Source: Longimicrobiales bacterium
GTDB taxonomy: Bacteria > Gemmatimonadota > Gemmatimonadetes > Longimicrobiales > Gaopeijiaceae
Assembly: GCA_965204735.1 (NCBI GenBank)
Contig: OZ242008.1
Span: forward strand, 3,904,001 to 3,968,000
DNA length: 64,000 nucleotides
Reading direction: 5' to 3'
In this document: positions 49,436-58,483 of the stretch, piece after piece
Layout of the letters: every line of letters begins with the position of its first letter
How positions within the stretch are numbered: the first letter of the stretch is position 1
Position numbers and translations under genes: made by a program
The notes under the pieces: generated by a model
What the model saw: the letters and a program-made list of their open reading frames with translations, nothing else
Database searches by the model: none
Told to the model about the DNA's origin: nothing

Positions 49436-51241
49436 ATGGAAGCGCCCATTCTGCGGCGCGACAATTCCTCCATGGCAATACGCGGCAAGCTCCTCGGACA
49501 GCTTCTGATCGATTCCGGCGCCGTCACGCCCAGCGCGCTGAAGGACGCCCTGGCGGAGCAGTCCCGCTCCGGGCGGCGGCTGGGCGAGGTCCTCCAGAGG
49601 AAGGGCGTCGTCGACGAGGCCGACGTGGCGAAGGCCCTGAGCGCCCAGCTGAACTTGGCCTACGTCGCCCCGCCCCTCCGGCCCGAGCCCAAGGCGCTGG
49701 CGAAGATCCAGCCCAAGCTGGCCCGGGCGAAGGGCGTGCTGCCCCTCTCCGTCACGGGACGGCGGCTCACGGTGGCGATGGCGAACCCCTTGGACGGCGA
49801 AGCGGTGGACGACCTGCGCTTCCAGTCGGGGTGCCACGTGGAAGCGGTGGTCGCGCCGCCGTCGGCGGTGGCCAGGGGCGTGCTGGAAGCGTACGGCGGC
49901 GAGCTTCCCGAGCTGCTGAGCCGCCTGGGCCGCTCGGCGCCGGAGGGGAAGAGCGATGCCCGAGCGCTGGAGCAGGAGGCCAGCGCGGCCCCCATCGTGC
50001 GGATCGTGGACCACATCCTCGCGAGGGCGGTGGACGCCCGCGCCAGCGACATCCACGTCGAGACCATGGGCGACGGCTCCCGCGTGCGCCTTCGGGTGGA
50101 CGGCCTTCTCTCCACCGCCACGGAGCTGCCCCCGGGGAGCCACCAGGCGGCGATCTCCCGAATCAAGATCTTGGCGGGCCTGGACATCTCGGTCCGGCGA
50201 CGCCCCCAGGACGGCGGCTTCACCGTCCGCCGGGGCGACTCCAAGCTCACGGTGCGGGTCTCCACCATTCCCACAAGCGGGGGCGAGAAGGCGGTGCTCC
50301 GGTTGCTGGACCCCGGCGACGCGCCCAGGAGCCTCTCTTCCCTGGGACTCTCGGACCACGACCTGGGACGGCTCCGGCAGGTGCTGAACCGGCGGCAGGG
50401 CGTCCTGCTGGCGGCCGGCCCCACGGGGAGCGGCAAGACCACGACCCTCTCGGGCGCCGTGGCGGAGCTCTCGGCCGAGAAGATCAACATCGTCACGCTG
50501 GAGGACCCGGTCGAGTACCGCTTTCCCGGGGTGGCCCAGATGGAGATCGACCGCAAGGCGGGAGTGGACTTTCCCTCCGGGCTGCGAGCGATCCTGCGGC
50601 AGGACCCGGACGTGATCCTGGTGGGAGAGGTGCGTGACCGGGAGACGGCGGAGATCGCCATGTCGGCGGCGGTCACCGGCCACCTGGTCCTCACGACGAT
50701 CCACACGATGGACGCTCCCAGCGCCGTGGTTCGCCTGTTGGAGATGGGGGTACCGCCGTTTCTGGTGGCCGGTGGACTGGCCGGGGTGGTGGCCCAGCGC
50801 CTGGTGCGGAAGCTCTGCGCGCGCTGCGCCGGGAGGGGCGGGCGCGAGTGCCCCGTGTGCACCGACGGCTACCACGGACGCAAGGGCGTCTTCGAAGTGC
50901 TGGTGGTGGACGACGAGATGCGGACCGCGATCTCCTCCAACGCGTCGATCTCGGCCCTTCGCGCCCTGGCACGGGAGAACGGGATGGGTTCGATGGCTCG
51001 GGACGCGATGCGAAAGGTGGCGGAAGCCGCAACGTCGCCGCACGAGGCGGGCAGGATCATCGCGTTGTCGGCAGGGTCGGCGGCCCAGTGCGGAAGCTGC
51101 GGCGAGTCGCTTCCCCCGGGCGCCGTCGGGTGTCCCGGATGCGGGCGCCCCCGCGGCGCCACCTGTTCGTGCGGCGAGCCCATCGCCTCGAAGTGGCGGT
51201 TCTGTCCTGCGTGCCTGCGCTCGGTTCCCGTGCTGGCGTGA
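49436..51241 (+). CDS. GspE/PilB-family secretion ATPase with MshEN domain and C-terminal double zinc ribbon
   Basis: LLGQLLIDSG..ALAEQ / RLGEVLQRKG..ALSAQ, ASDIH, GPTGSGKT, TLEDPVE, LRQDPDVILVGE, TGHLVLTTIH, CARC/CPVC, and C-terminal CGSC..CPGC..CSC..CPAC. Confidence 0.9.
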   Translation: MEAPILRRDNSSMAIRGKLLGQLLIDSGAVTPSALKDALAEQSRSGRRLGEVLQRKGVVDEADVAKALSAQLNLAYVAPPLRPEPKALAKIQPKLARAKGVLPLSVTGRRLTVAMANPLDGEAVDDLRFQSGCHVEAVVAPPSAVARGVLEAYGGELPELLSRLGRSAPEGKSDARALEQEASAAPIVRIVDHILARAVDARASDIHVETMGDGSRVRLRVDGLLSTATELPPGSHQAAISRIKILAGLDISVRRRPQDGGFTVRRGDSKLTVRVSTIPTSGGEKAVLRLLDPGDAPRSLSSLGLSDHDLGRLRQVLNRRQGVLLAAGPTGSGKTTTLSGAVAELSAEKINIVTLEDPVEYRFPGVAQMEIDRKAGVDFPSGLRAILRQDPDVILVGEVRDRETAEIAMSAAVTGHLVLTTIHTMDAPSAVVRLLEMGVPPFLVAGGLAGVVAQRLVRKLCARCAGRGGRECPVCTDGYHGRKGVFEVLVVDDEMRTAISSNASISALRALARENGMGSMARDAMRKVAEAATSPHEAGRIIALSAGSAAQCGSCGESLPPGAVGCPGCGRPRGATCSCGEPIASKWRFCPACLRSVPVLA

Positions 51242-51260
51242 CCCGCGTCCGACGCCGCCG

Positions 51261-51375
51261 GCGCCGTCTCTTGTCTGCGCCGCTGCCGTCGGCTTGCGCG
51301 ACTTTCGAGCCGCATCCGCACTACCCGCCCGAGCTGCGCCCGTCTCATGTGCGCCGCTCCGTCGGCTTGCGCGAC
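51261..51375. repeat. Two imperfect ~40-bp direct repeats separated by a ~33-39 nt unique spacer
   Basis: GCGCC-GTCTCTTGTCTGCGCCGCTGCCGTCGGCTTGCGCGAC (51261-51302) versus GCGCCCGTCTCATG--TGCGCCGCT-CCGTCGGCTTGCGCGAC (51336-51375), with an identical 17-bp core. Confidence 0.8.
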
Positions 51376-51395
51376 AGGGGCTCGCTTCTTGCCGT

Positions 51396-52502
51396 TCAGG
51401 CCGCGAAGACCTCTCTGCGAACGGTCAGCGTCTCGATGCGTTCCATGCGCGGTCGCACGCCGATCCCCGGCCCGTCGGGCACTGGCATCAACCCGTTTTC
51501 CATCTTGAACTCGGGCTCGACGACGTCTTCCGCCCAGTAGCGCTTCGATTCGGAGATGTCGCCCGGCAAGGTGAAGCCCGGCAACGTCGCCAGCGCAATG
51601 TTGTGCGCCCGGCCGATTCCCGACTCCAGCATCCCGCCGCACCACACGGGCCACCCCGCGCCCACGCACAGGTCGTGCACGGCCTTCGAAGAAGCGAGTC
51701 CGCCGACCCTTCCGGGCTTGATGTTGACGATCCGCCCAGCCTTCAGGTGGAGAGCCAAGCGCGCATCTTCCGGCGAGCGCACCGACTCGTCCAGGCAAAC
51801 GGGCGTCTCGATTCGTCGCTGAAGCTCCGCATGGTCCATCATGTCGTCGTGGGAGAGGGGCTGTTCGATCATCATGAGGTCGAAGTCGTCCATCTCGCGC
51901 AGCCGCGACAGGTCGTCCGGCAAGCGGTAGGCCGAGTTTGCGTCCGCCATGATCGGCGCTTCCGGAAAGCGGTCGCGCACCGCCCGCAGCACCTCCACGT
52001 CGCGCTCCGGCTTGATCTTGATCTTGATCTTCCGGTATCCCTCTTCCAGGTAGCCGTCCACCTTGCGCAAGAGCGCCTCAGCGGACCTCTGGATGCCAAT
52101 CGAAACGCCCACGGGAAGGGCGGCGGCGCTGCCTCCCAGCAGCAACGCCAGCGACACGCCTCTGCGCTTCGCTTCCAGGTCCCAGCCCGCCATCTCCACG
52201 GTCGCGCGAGCCATGGGATGGCCGCGTAGCCACGGGGCCGGACGCAGAGCCCGAAGGTCGTCCGCTTCTCCTGCCACCAGTGCAGGCAAGAGCCACCGGG
52301 TCAGCACGTGCCACGCCGTGTCGGTGGTTTCGTACGAATAGCCCGGCGTCTCTCCGGCCACGCACTCCGACCAACCTTCGACGCCTTCAGCCTCCAGCGT
52401 CAGGAGAAGCACGCGCCTGGCCTTGGTGCCCCCGCTGCTGATCTCGAAGCGCTCCTTGAGCTCCAGCGGAAGCTCCCTGAGCACAGCCCGTCGGATCTTC
52501 AA
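51396..52502 (-). CDS. menC: N-succinylamino acid racemase / o-succinylbenzoate synthase (enolase superfamily)
   Basis: KIKIK, DANSAY, EQP, LDES, NIKPGRVGG, CGGMLESGIG and LPGDIS. Confidence 0.88.
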   Translation of the reverse strand: MKIRRAVLRELPLELKERFEISSGGTKARRVLLLTLEAEGVEGWSECVAGETPGYSYETTDTAWHVLTRWLLPALVAGEADDLRALRPAPWLRGHPMARATVEMAGWDLEAKRRGVSLALLLGGSAAALPVGVSIGIQRSAEALLRKVDGYLEEGYRKIKIKIKPERDVEVLRAVRDRFPEAPIMADANSAYRLPDDLSRLREMDDFDLMMIEQPLSHDDMMDHAELQRRIETPVCLDESVRSPEDARLALHLKAGRIVNIKPGRVGGLASSKAVHDLCVGAGWPVWCGGMLESGIGRAHNIALATLPGFTLPGDISESKRYWAEDVVEPEFKMENGLMPVPDGPGIGVRPRMERIETLTVRREVFAA

Positions 52503-52568
52503 CGAGTTGCACGCCTCTTTGCGCGCCGACGACGCTCGCGTCGCAAGCTGGCGCCCGGCGTCAGCTTG

Positions 52569-53069
52569 TCAGCTTGCGGCCTTGCCTTGGGACCCCTTGG
52601 CCTCGGCCTTCTTGGCCGCCTTCGCCGTGATGCCGCGCCGGCGCCGAACCGAGTGGATGCCGGTCGACAGCGACGTGGGAGACGAGGACTTGACGCCACC
52701 CATGATGAGGGCGTCCCGGATCTGGGGCACCGTGTACTTGTCGCCGAACTCGTTGACGAACTTGTCGTACGCCTTCGTCGGCCCCATGCCCCGGTAGTGG
52801 TTCGTCGGGACTTCGGGGTGCCCTGCGCCGGCGCTCTTCCTCCGCTTCTTGGCGGGAGCCTTGACCTTGCGCCTGACGACCTTGCGCTTGGCGGGCTTGC
52901 GGCGGCGGACGGGCTTCCGTGCCGGGGCGCGCGTGGCCGGTGCGGCGGCCACCAGCTCCTTCAGGGCTTCGACGGCCGCCCGAAGGGCTGCGCCACGGGC
53001 ATCGTGGCTCGCCAGCTCGGCTTCCGCCTGCTTGAGGGCGACTTCGTACTCGCTGCGGGATGTTGCCAT
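52569..53069 (-). CDS. Highly basic histone-like / nucleoid-associated protein candidate
   Basis: AAGGAGG RBS, N-terminal coiled coil, K/R/A/P-rich linker, small helical C-terminal domain and AKK tail. Confidence 0.75.
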   Translation of the reverse strand: MATSRSEYEVALKQAEAELASHDARGAALRAAVEALKELVAAAPATRAPARKPVRRRKPAKRKVVRRKVKAPAKKRRKSAGAGHPEVPTNHYRGMGPTKAYDKFVNEFGDKYTVPQIRDALIMGGVKSSSPTSLSTGIHSVRRRRGITAKAAKKAEAKGSQGKAAS

Positions 53070-53141
53070 TTGATCAGTTTCCTCCTTGAGCCTGATCCGG
53101 TGCTAAGGGTTCGTCCTGCCTCCGAACTGCTGAATGAAATG

Positions 53142-53170
53142 AAGCTAGCACCGTCGCACAAAGACGGCAA
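53142..53170 (-). promoter_or_regulatory. Sigma70-type promoter of the basic protein gene
   Basis: Minus strand TTGCCG-N17-TAGCTT with extended -10 TG (TGcTAGCTT). Confidence 0.55.
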
Positions 53171-53226
53171 GGACGACCTTCCTCCAGCCGTCAAGACAGT
53201 GGCGACCCGGGGGCAGGGGCGATGCG

Positions 53227-54378
53227 TCACAACGTAGCAAAGAGAGCCGCCATCAAGGCAATGCGCCGAGGAACGTCCTCCGCCAAGACGTGTTCGTGCA
53301 AAGTGTGGGCGCCTCCGCCGTCCGGTCCCAGGCCGTCCAGGGTCGGACAGCCGGCGGCCGCAGTGAGGTTGCCGTCGCTGCCGCCGCCGGTTTCGCCCTC
53401 CTCCAACGCGAGCCCCTGGCCGCGCGCCGCTTCGCGAGCCTTCGCGAACAACCGGGCCGACTCCGGCGTCCGTTCCAGGGCGCCGCGGTTCAAGCCTCCC
53501 TCCAACCGCAACGAACACTTCTCGTCTTGGGGCGCCAGGGAACGCAGCTCCGCGTCCACTCGCCTGCCTTCCGTCGATTCCCAGAAGCGCACGTCGATGC
53601 TGCACCGGGCGGCGTCGGCGACCACGTTGCCCCGGGTGCCGCCGGAGATCACGCCCACGTTCACGGTGGTCCCCCGGGCGACGTCGGCCAAGCTGGACGC
53701 GCGAACGACCTGGCGGGCGATCTCGTGCACTGCGCTGGCTCCCTTGTCGGGCTCGATGCCGGCGTGGGCCGCCTTGCCCGCAACAGTCAGCGCGTAGTCG
53801 GCCACGCCTTTGCGCCGGGTCTTGGCGGCTCCGCCGGGCACGCACGGCTCCATCACCAACGCCGCTCGCGACCGGCGAGCCTCGCGTTCCACAAGCGCTC
53901 GCGAGGTGGGCGACCCGACCTCTTCGTCGCACGTCGCCAGAAAGGAAAGACCGTGGCGCGGCGGCGTCCCCACCTCGGCGAGGATGCGCAGGGCCGAGAC
54001 CGACACGGCCAAGCCCGCCTTCATGTCGTAGACGCCCGGTCCCCAGACGTTTCCGTCGCTCTCCGAGAACGGGAAGCGGGCCAACGTGCCCTTGGGGTGG
54101 ACCGTGTCCGTGTGCCCGACAACCAGCAGCGGCGCGGCGGCACGGTTGCCGGACGGGGCGGGGAAGCGGGCGACCAAGTGCGTGCCCATCCCGGGCGCAG
54201 GCACGCGCTCCACCACGCCTCCGGCTTGCGCGAGCGCGTCTTGCAGCGTCGATGCGATCCGCAGGGAAGCTTCTTCGTCGCCCGTCGGCGACTCGATCCG
54301 GCTCAAGGCGGCGAGAAGGTCCATGCACTCGGCTGCTCGCTGCTCGCCCGCAACGCGGTAGTCGGCAAGTCGGGTCAC
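53227..54378 (-). CDS. M20 family metallopeptidase (carboxypeptidase G2-like / desuccinylase)
   Basis: GHTDTV, GPGVYDMKAG, DEEVGS, MEP, AHAG, GGGSDGN and GAHTLHE. Confidence 0.92.
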   Translation of the reverse strand: MTRLADYRVAGEQRAAECMDLLAALSRIESPTGDEEASLRIASTLQDALAQAGGVVERVPAPGMGTHLVARFPAPSGNRAAAPLLVVGHTDTVHPKGTLARFPFSESDGNVWGPGVYDMKAGLAVSVSALRILAEVGTPPRHGLSFLATCDEEVGSPTSRALVEREARRSRAALVMEPCVPGGAAKTRRKGVADYALTVAGKAAHAGIEPDKGASAVHEIARQVVRASSLADVARGTTVNVGVISGGTRGNVVADAARCSIDVRFWESTEGRRVDAELRSLAPQDEKCSLRLEGGLNRGALERTPESARLFAKAREAARGQGLALEEGETGGGSDGNLTAAAGCPTLDGLGPDGGGAHTLHEHVLAEDVPRRIALMAALFATL

Positions 54379-55694
54379 GAGTCGTGGTACCAGCCGGCGC
54401 GACGGTAGCTTTCGTCCAGCAGCTCCACCGGATGAAGGACGGGCAGCGGGCGTCCGTCGAGACGCAGCATCGCTCCAATTTGCATCATGCAGCCCGGGTT
54501 GGCCGTGAGGACGGCGTCGGCGCCCGTGGCCGCGACGCTCTTCGCCTTGTCGCCGCCGATTCGGCTCCCCAGCTCCTTTTGCGTGATTCCGTAGAGCCCC
54601 GCCCCTCCGCAGCACTCGGCGGCGTTGGGCAGGGGCAGCGCTTGCAGGCCGGCAACCGCGGCCAGGACGGCTTCCGGGGCGGACTCCACGCCTTGGGCGT
54701 GAAGGAGGTGGCAAGGGGCGTCGCAGGTGGCAGCCAGGGGAACGGGCGCGCCGGGCGCCGGGCCGCGTTCCGCCAGCAGCTGGGACACGTCGCGGCTTCG
54801 GGCGGCGACGTCGGTCGCGCGACGGGCGTAGGCGGGGTCGCCGGAGAGAAGGGTCCCGTACTCCGCGACGGCGGCGCCGCAGCCCGAGGCGTTCATGGCC
54901 AGGTAGTCGACGCCCGCTGCGGCAAAGGCGTCGATGTTCTTGCGCGCCATCTTCCGGGCGGTCTCCAGGTCGCCGGCGTGCGCGTGGAGGGCGCCGCAGC
55001 ACCCCTGGCCGGGCACCGTCGCCACGTCGTAGCCGTTGGCTCGCAGGACGCGAACGGTGGCTCGGTTGACGCGGGAGAAGAGGCCGTCCTGCACGCACCC
55101 CAGCAGGACGCCGACGGTTGCAGGGCGGCGCGGCGGGGGCGGGCGCTCCGCGGGGCTGGCCGAGCTGGGGGGTTGGGGTTCCGGCAGACGCGACGGCGCC
55201 GAGGCCGCGAGCATCGCCATCCCCAGCCGGAAGCGGCCGGGCGGGCCGGTCCGGGGGCCTAGCCGGACGACGACGGCAGCGAGCTTGGTCGCGCGGAGGA
55301 GGCGGGCCGCAAGCATCGCCGGACGGGCCAGCCAGGGCGAGGCAAGGGTGCGGAGCACGAGACGGGAGAAGGGCGACGGCGGCCGGGCCTCTCTGCCTAC
55401 GTGACGGGCAAGCTCCAGCAGGTGGCCGTAGGGGACTCCCGACGGGCACACCGGCTCGCACGCCCTGCACCCCAGGCAGCGGTCGATGTGGGTCCGGAAG
55501 CCGTCGGAGCTCGGGTCGAGGCGGCCCTCGACGACCGCCTGCATCAGGTAGAGGCGGCCTCGGGGCGAGTCGGCCTCGTCGCCGAGACGACGGTAGGTGG
55601 GACAGGCCGGCAGGCAGAAGCCGCAGTGCACGCACGCCAGGAGCCCTTCTTCCTGCTCCGCGACGGCTTGGGCCAGCGAGGCGGCGGCGCTCAC
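54375..55694 (-). CDS. glcF: Glycolate oxidase iron-sulfur subunit
   Basis: CVHCGFCLPACPTY, DSPRGR, CLGCRACEPVCPSG, two CCG domains and NPGC. Confidence 0.9.
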   Translation of the reverse strand: MSAAASLAQAVAEQEEGLLACVHCGFCLPACPTYRRLGDEADSPRGRLYLMQAVVEGRLDPSSDGFRTHIDRCLGCRACEPVCPSGVPYGHLLELARHVGREARPPSPFSRLVLRTLASPWLARPAMLAARLLRATKLAAVVVRLGPRTGPPGRFRLGMAMLAASAPSRLPEPQPPSSASPAERPPPPRRPATVGVLLGCVQDGLFSRVNRATVRVLRANGYDVATVPGQGCCGALHAHAGDLETARKMARKNIDAFAAAGVDYLAMNASGCGAAVAEYGTLLSGDPAYARRATDVAARSRDVSQLLAERGPAPGAPVPLAATCDAPCHLLHAQGVESAPEAVLAAVAGLQALPLPNAAECCGGAGLYGITQKELGSRIGGDKAKSVAATGADAVLTANPGCMMQIGAMLRLDGRPLPVLHPVELLDESYRRAGWYHDS

Positions 55695-58483
55695 GGGCGC
55701 TTCCCCGCGAAGACCGAGCCCGGATCGAACAGAGCCTTGAGCCGCCGCGTCAAGCGGTCCTCGGCGGCCGCCGGCGGGGAGCCGGTGCACCACCCCACGC
55801 GCGCCACCAGCGCGCGGGGCGCCTTCTCCAGGACCAGCGTCCCGCCCGCCTCCTCGACTTCGGCGCGCAGGCGCGTCACTTCGGAGCTCCGACGGTCGGT
55901 CCACGACCCCTTCGCCCGCGCGACCCCGGCCGCTGCGTCGGCGCACACCCGGCCCCCGTCCAGCCAGTCGGCTGCGCGACGGGCCCAGCCCAGCGCGCGA
56001 TCCAGCTGCGAGGGCAGGGCGCTCGCTCGGGCAACGAACTGCGCGTCGTCTTCCCAGCGGGTGCGTTCCTCGTGGAAGGCGTCGCTCTCGCCGTCGCGCA
56101 GCAGTCGGCGGGGCGGGGTCCCCGCAACTGCAGCGAGTTGGCCGCAGAGCGCGTCCACCTCCGCCGGAGTGCCGCCGAGGCGCACCGCCACCGTCGCTTC
56201 AGCGCGAGCGGGGGCACCGTTCGTCCGCCCGCTTCCGCCCTCCGTCCACAGCTCCACCGCCAGGGGAGGCGGCAGGGGAGCCGTGCACACGGCCCGGGCG
56301 GTCGCCACCGCGTCGGCCGGCGCGACCTGGAAGAGAAGGGTCGCCGAGGACGCCGGACGCGGGAAGAGCCGGACCGACGCTTCGGTGACGATCCCCAGGC
56401 TCCCTCGGCTTCCCGTCGCCAGGCGGACCAGGTCGTACCCCGCGACGTTCTTCACCACGCGGCCGCCCAGCCGCAGTCGTCGCCCTTCTCCCGTGACGAG
56501 CTCCAGCCCCAGCACGTTGTCCCGCACGCCACCGTAGCGGGCGCGAAGCGGCCCCGAGGCCCCGCACGCGACGATCCCGCCCAGCGTCCCCTTCCGGATG
56601 CCCGGGGGGTCTGCCGGCAGCCACTGGCCGTGCGGCGCCAAGCGGGCCGCCAGCTCGTCCCAGCCCAGCCCGGCGCCGGCGGTGATCGTCAGGTCGGCGG
56701 GTTCGTAGTGGCGGACCGCGTTCATGCGCGCTGTCGACACCGCCACGTCGGCCTCCCTCGCCCATCCCCCCGCCCGCAGCCAAGTACCCCGTCCCGCCGG
56801 AACGAGCCGGACCCCGGCCGCCGCCGCGGCGCGAACCGTCTCCTGCACCTCCTCCACCGTCTCGGGAAAGACGACGGCTTCCACCGGAACGCCCGCCGAC
56901 CATCGTCGAGCGGCCTCGCCGGCGAGGAGGCGCTCCGACGGGTACGGCCCCAGGACGCCCGTCAACCGGTCTCCCTTCGGTGGGCGGCCCGCGGTCTCCC
57001 GGCCCGCGGACCCTGGGCTTCCGCGCCCGATCGACGAGGGTCGGTCCGCCGTCTCTCTGTTCGGCGACCCCTGGGTCCCGCTCGCCCCGGCCGGCTCCGA
57101 GTCGTCGGGGAGCACCTTGCCGGGGTTCATCACGCCGTCCGGGTCGAAGGCCCGGCGCGCGCCCCACATCGTCCGCAGCTCCTCGGGGCCGCACACCAAG
57201 GACATGTAGCCCTTCTTGTCCAGCCCCACGCCGTGCTCGCCGGTGATCGTCCCGCCGGCGTCGATGCACAGCCGCATGATCTCCTTCGACGCCGCCTCGA
57301 CCCGGTCTCGCTCGCCGGCGTCTCGGCGGTCGAAGAGGATGTTGGGGTGCAGGTTTCCGTCGCCGGCATGAAAGACGTTGGCGACGAGGAGGTCGAAGCG
57401 CTTCGCCGTCTCGCCGATCCCCTTCAGCACTTCGGGCAGGCGCGTCCGAGGCACGGTGGCGTCCTGCACCATCAGGTCGGGGGCGAGCCGCCCCATCGCG
57501 CCGAACGCCTTCTTCCGCCCCTTCCAGAGGGCCGTCCGCTCCGCCTCGCTGCGGGCCCGCCGGACTTCGCGAGCCCCCGCCTCTTCGCACAGCGCGGCCG
57601 ACCGGTCCGCGTCCTGGTCCAGTCCCGCTTCCGGCCCGTCGAACTCCACCACCAGGGCGGCCTCGGCGTCCGTGGGGTACCCAGCGGCGAACACGCTGTC
57701 CTCCACCGCCCGGATCGTCGGCCCGTCGACGATCTCCATCGCCGCCGGCAGGAGCCCCGCTCCGAACACCGCGGAGACGGCGCGCCCCGCGTCCTCGATC
57801 CGGTCGAAGATCGCCAGCAGCGTGCGCACGCCCTCTGCGACCGGGAGCAGCCCCACCTCGATCTCGACGGCGATTCCGAAGCAGCCCTCGGAGCCCACGA
57901 AGAGGCCCCGGAGGTCGTAGCCGGAGGCGTCTCCGCCTGCGCCCCCGAAGCGGGCCGTCGACCCGTCGGGAAGGACCACGGTCACTCCTTCGACCCAGCG
58001 CGAGGTGACGCCCCACTTGAGGCAGTGGGGGCCCCCGGAGTTCTCGGCCACGTTGCCGCCGATCGTGCACGCGGTCTGGGAGGACGGGTCCGGCGGGTAG
58101 CAGAGGCCGTGGGGCGCGGCGGCGACCGAGAGATCGGCGTTGACGACGCCCGGCTGAAGGACGGCCCGGCGGTTCTCCGGATCGATCTCCAGGATGCGGT
58201 TCATTCGCGCGGTGCCGACGACGACGGCGCCCTCCAGAGCCGCCGCGCCGCCCGACAGTCCCGTTCCAGCGCCCCGGGGAACGACCGGCAACCCATGATC
58301 CGCGATCGCCGTCACCGAGCGGCGCACTTCTTCGGCAGTGCGGGGGAGCACGACGGCGCCGGGCCGGTTGCGGTAGGCGGTCAGGCCGTCGGATTCGTAG
58401 ACGAGCAGGCGGTCGCGCTCGACGACGACGCCGTCCCGCCCGCAAACGTCGACGAGGGAGGCGGCCAAGCTGTCCGGGATCAT
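55691..58483 (-). CDS. glcDE: Fused GlcD-GlcE FAD-linked 2-hydroxyacid oxidase
   Basis: GlcD half (PRGAGTGLSGG, PPDPSSQ, GGPHCLK, FHAGDGNLHP, GEHGVG, NPGK) continues in frame through a low-complexity linker into a GlcE half (YEPADLT, GTLGG, GGRVVKNVAGYDL, LKALFDP). Confidence 0.88.
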   Translation of the reverse strand: MIPDSLAASLVDVCGRDGVVVERDRLLVYESDGLTAYRNRPGAVVLPRTAEEVRRSVTAIADHGLPVVPRGAGTGLSGGAAALEGAVVVGTARMNRILEIDPENRRAVLQPGVVNADLSVAAAPHGLCYPPDPSSQTACTIGGNVAENSGGPHCLKWGVTSRWVEGVTVVLPDGSTARFGGAGGDASGYDLRGLFVGSEGCFGIAVEIEVGLLPVAEGVRTLLAIFDRIEDAGRAVSAVFGAGLLPAAMEIVDGPTIRAVEDSVFAAGYPTDAEAALVVEFDGPEAGLDQDADRSAALCEEAGAREVRRARSEAERTALWKGRKKAFGAMGRLAPDLMVQDATVPRTRLPEVLKGIGETAKRFDLLVANVFHAGDGNLHPNILFDRRDAGERDRVEAASKEIMRLCIDAGGTITGEHGVGLDKKGYMSLVCGPEELRTMWGARRAFDPDGVMNPGKVLPDDSEPAGASGTQGSPNRETADRPSSIGRGSPGSAGRETAGRPPKGDRLTGVLGPYPSERLLAGEAARRWSAGVPVEAVVFPETVEEVQETVRAAAAAGVRLVPAGRGTWLRAGGWAREADVAVSTARMNAVRHYEPADLTITAGAGLGWDELAARLAPHGQWLPADPPGIRKGTLGGIVACGASGPLRARYGGVRDNVLGLELVTGEGRRLRLGGRVVKNVAGYDLVRLATGSRGSLGIVTEASVRLFPRPASSATLLFQVAPADAVATARAVCTAPLPPPLAVELWTEGGSGRTNGAPARAEATVAVRLGGTPAEVDALCGQLAAVAGTPPRRLLRDGESDAFHEERTRWEDDAQFVARASALPSQLDRALGWARRAADWLDGGRVCADAAAGVARAKGSWTDRRSSEVTRLRAEVEEAGGTLVLEKAPRALVARVGWCTGSPPAAAEDRLTRRLKALFDPGSVFAGKRP

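Noticed and set aside
44815..50637. 1940-aa ORF and other very long Arg/Gly/Pro-rich ORFs (e.g. 15504-18872 -, 55118-58573 +, 34100-36877 -)
   Set aside because: Shadow frames of real genes in very high-GC DNA; no motifs, and they overlap well-supported CDSs.
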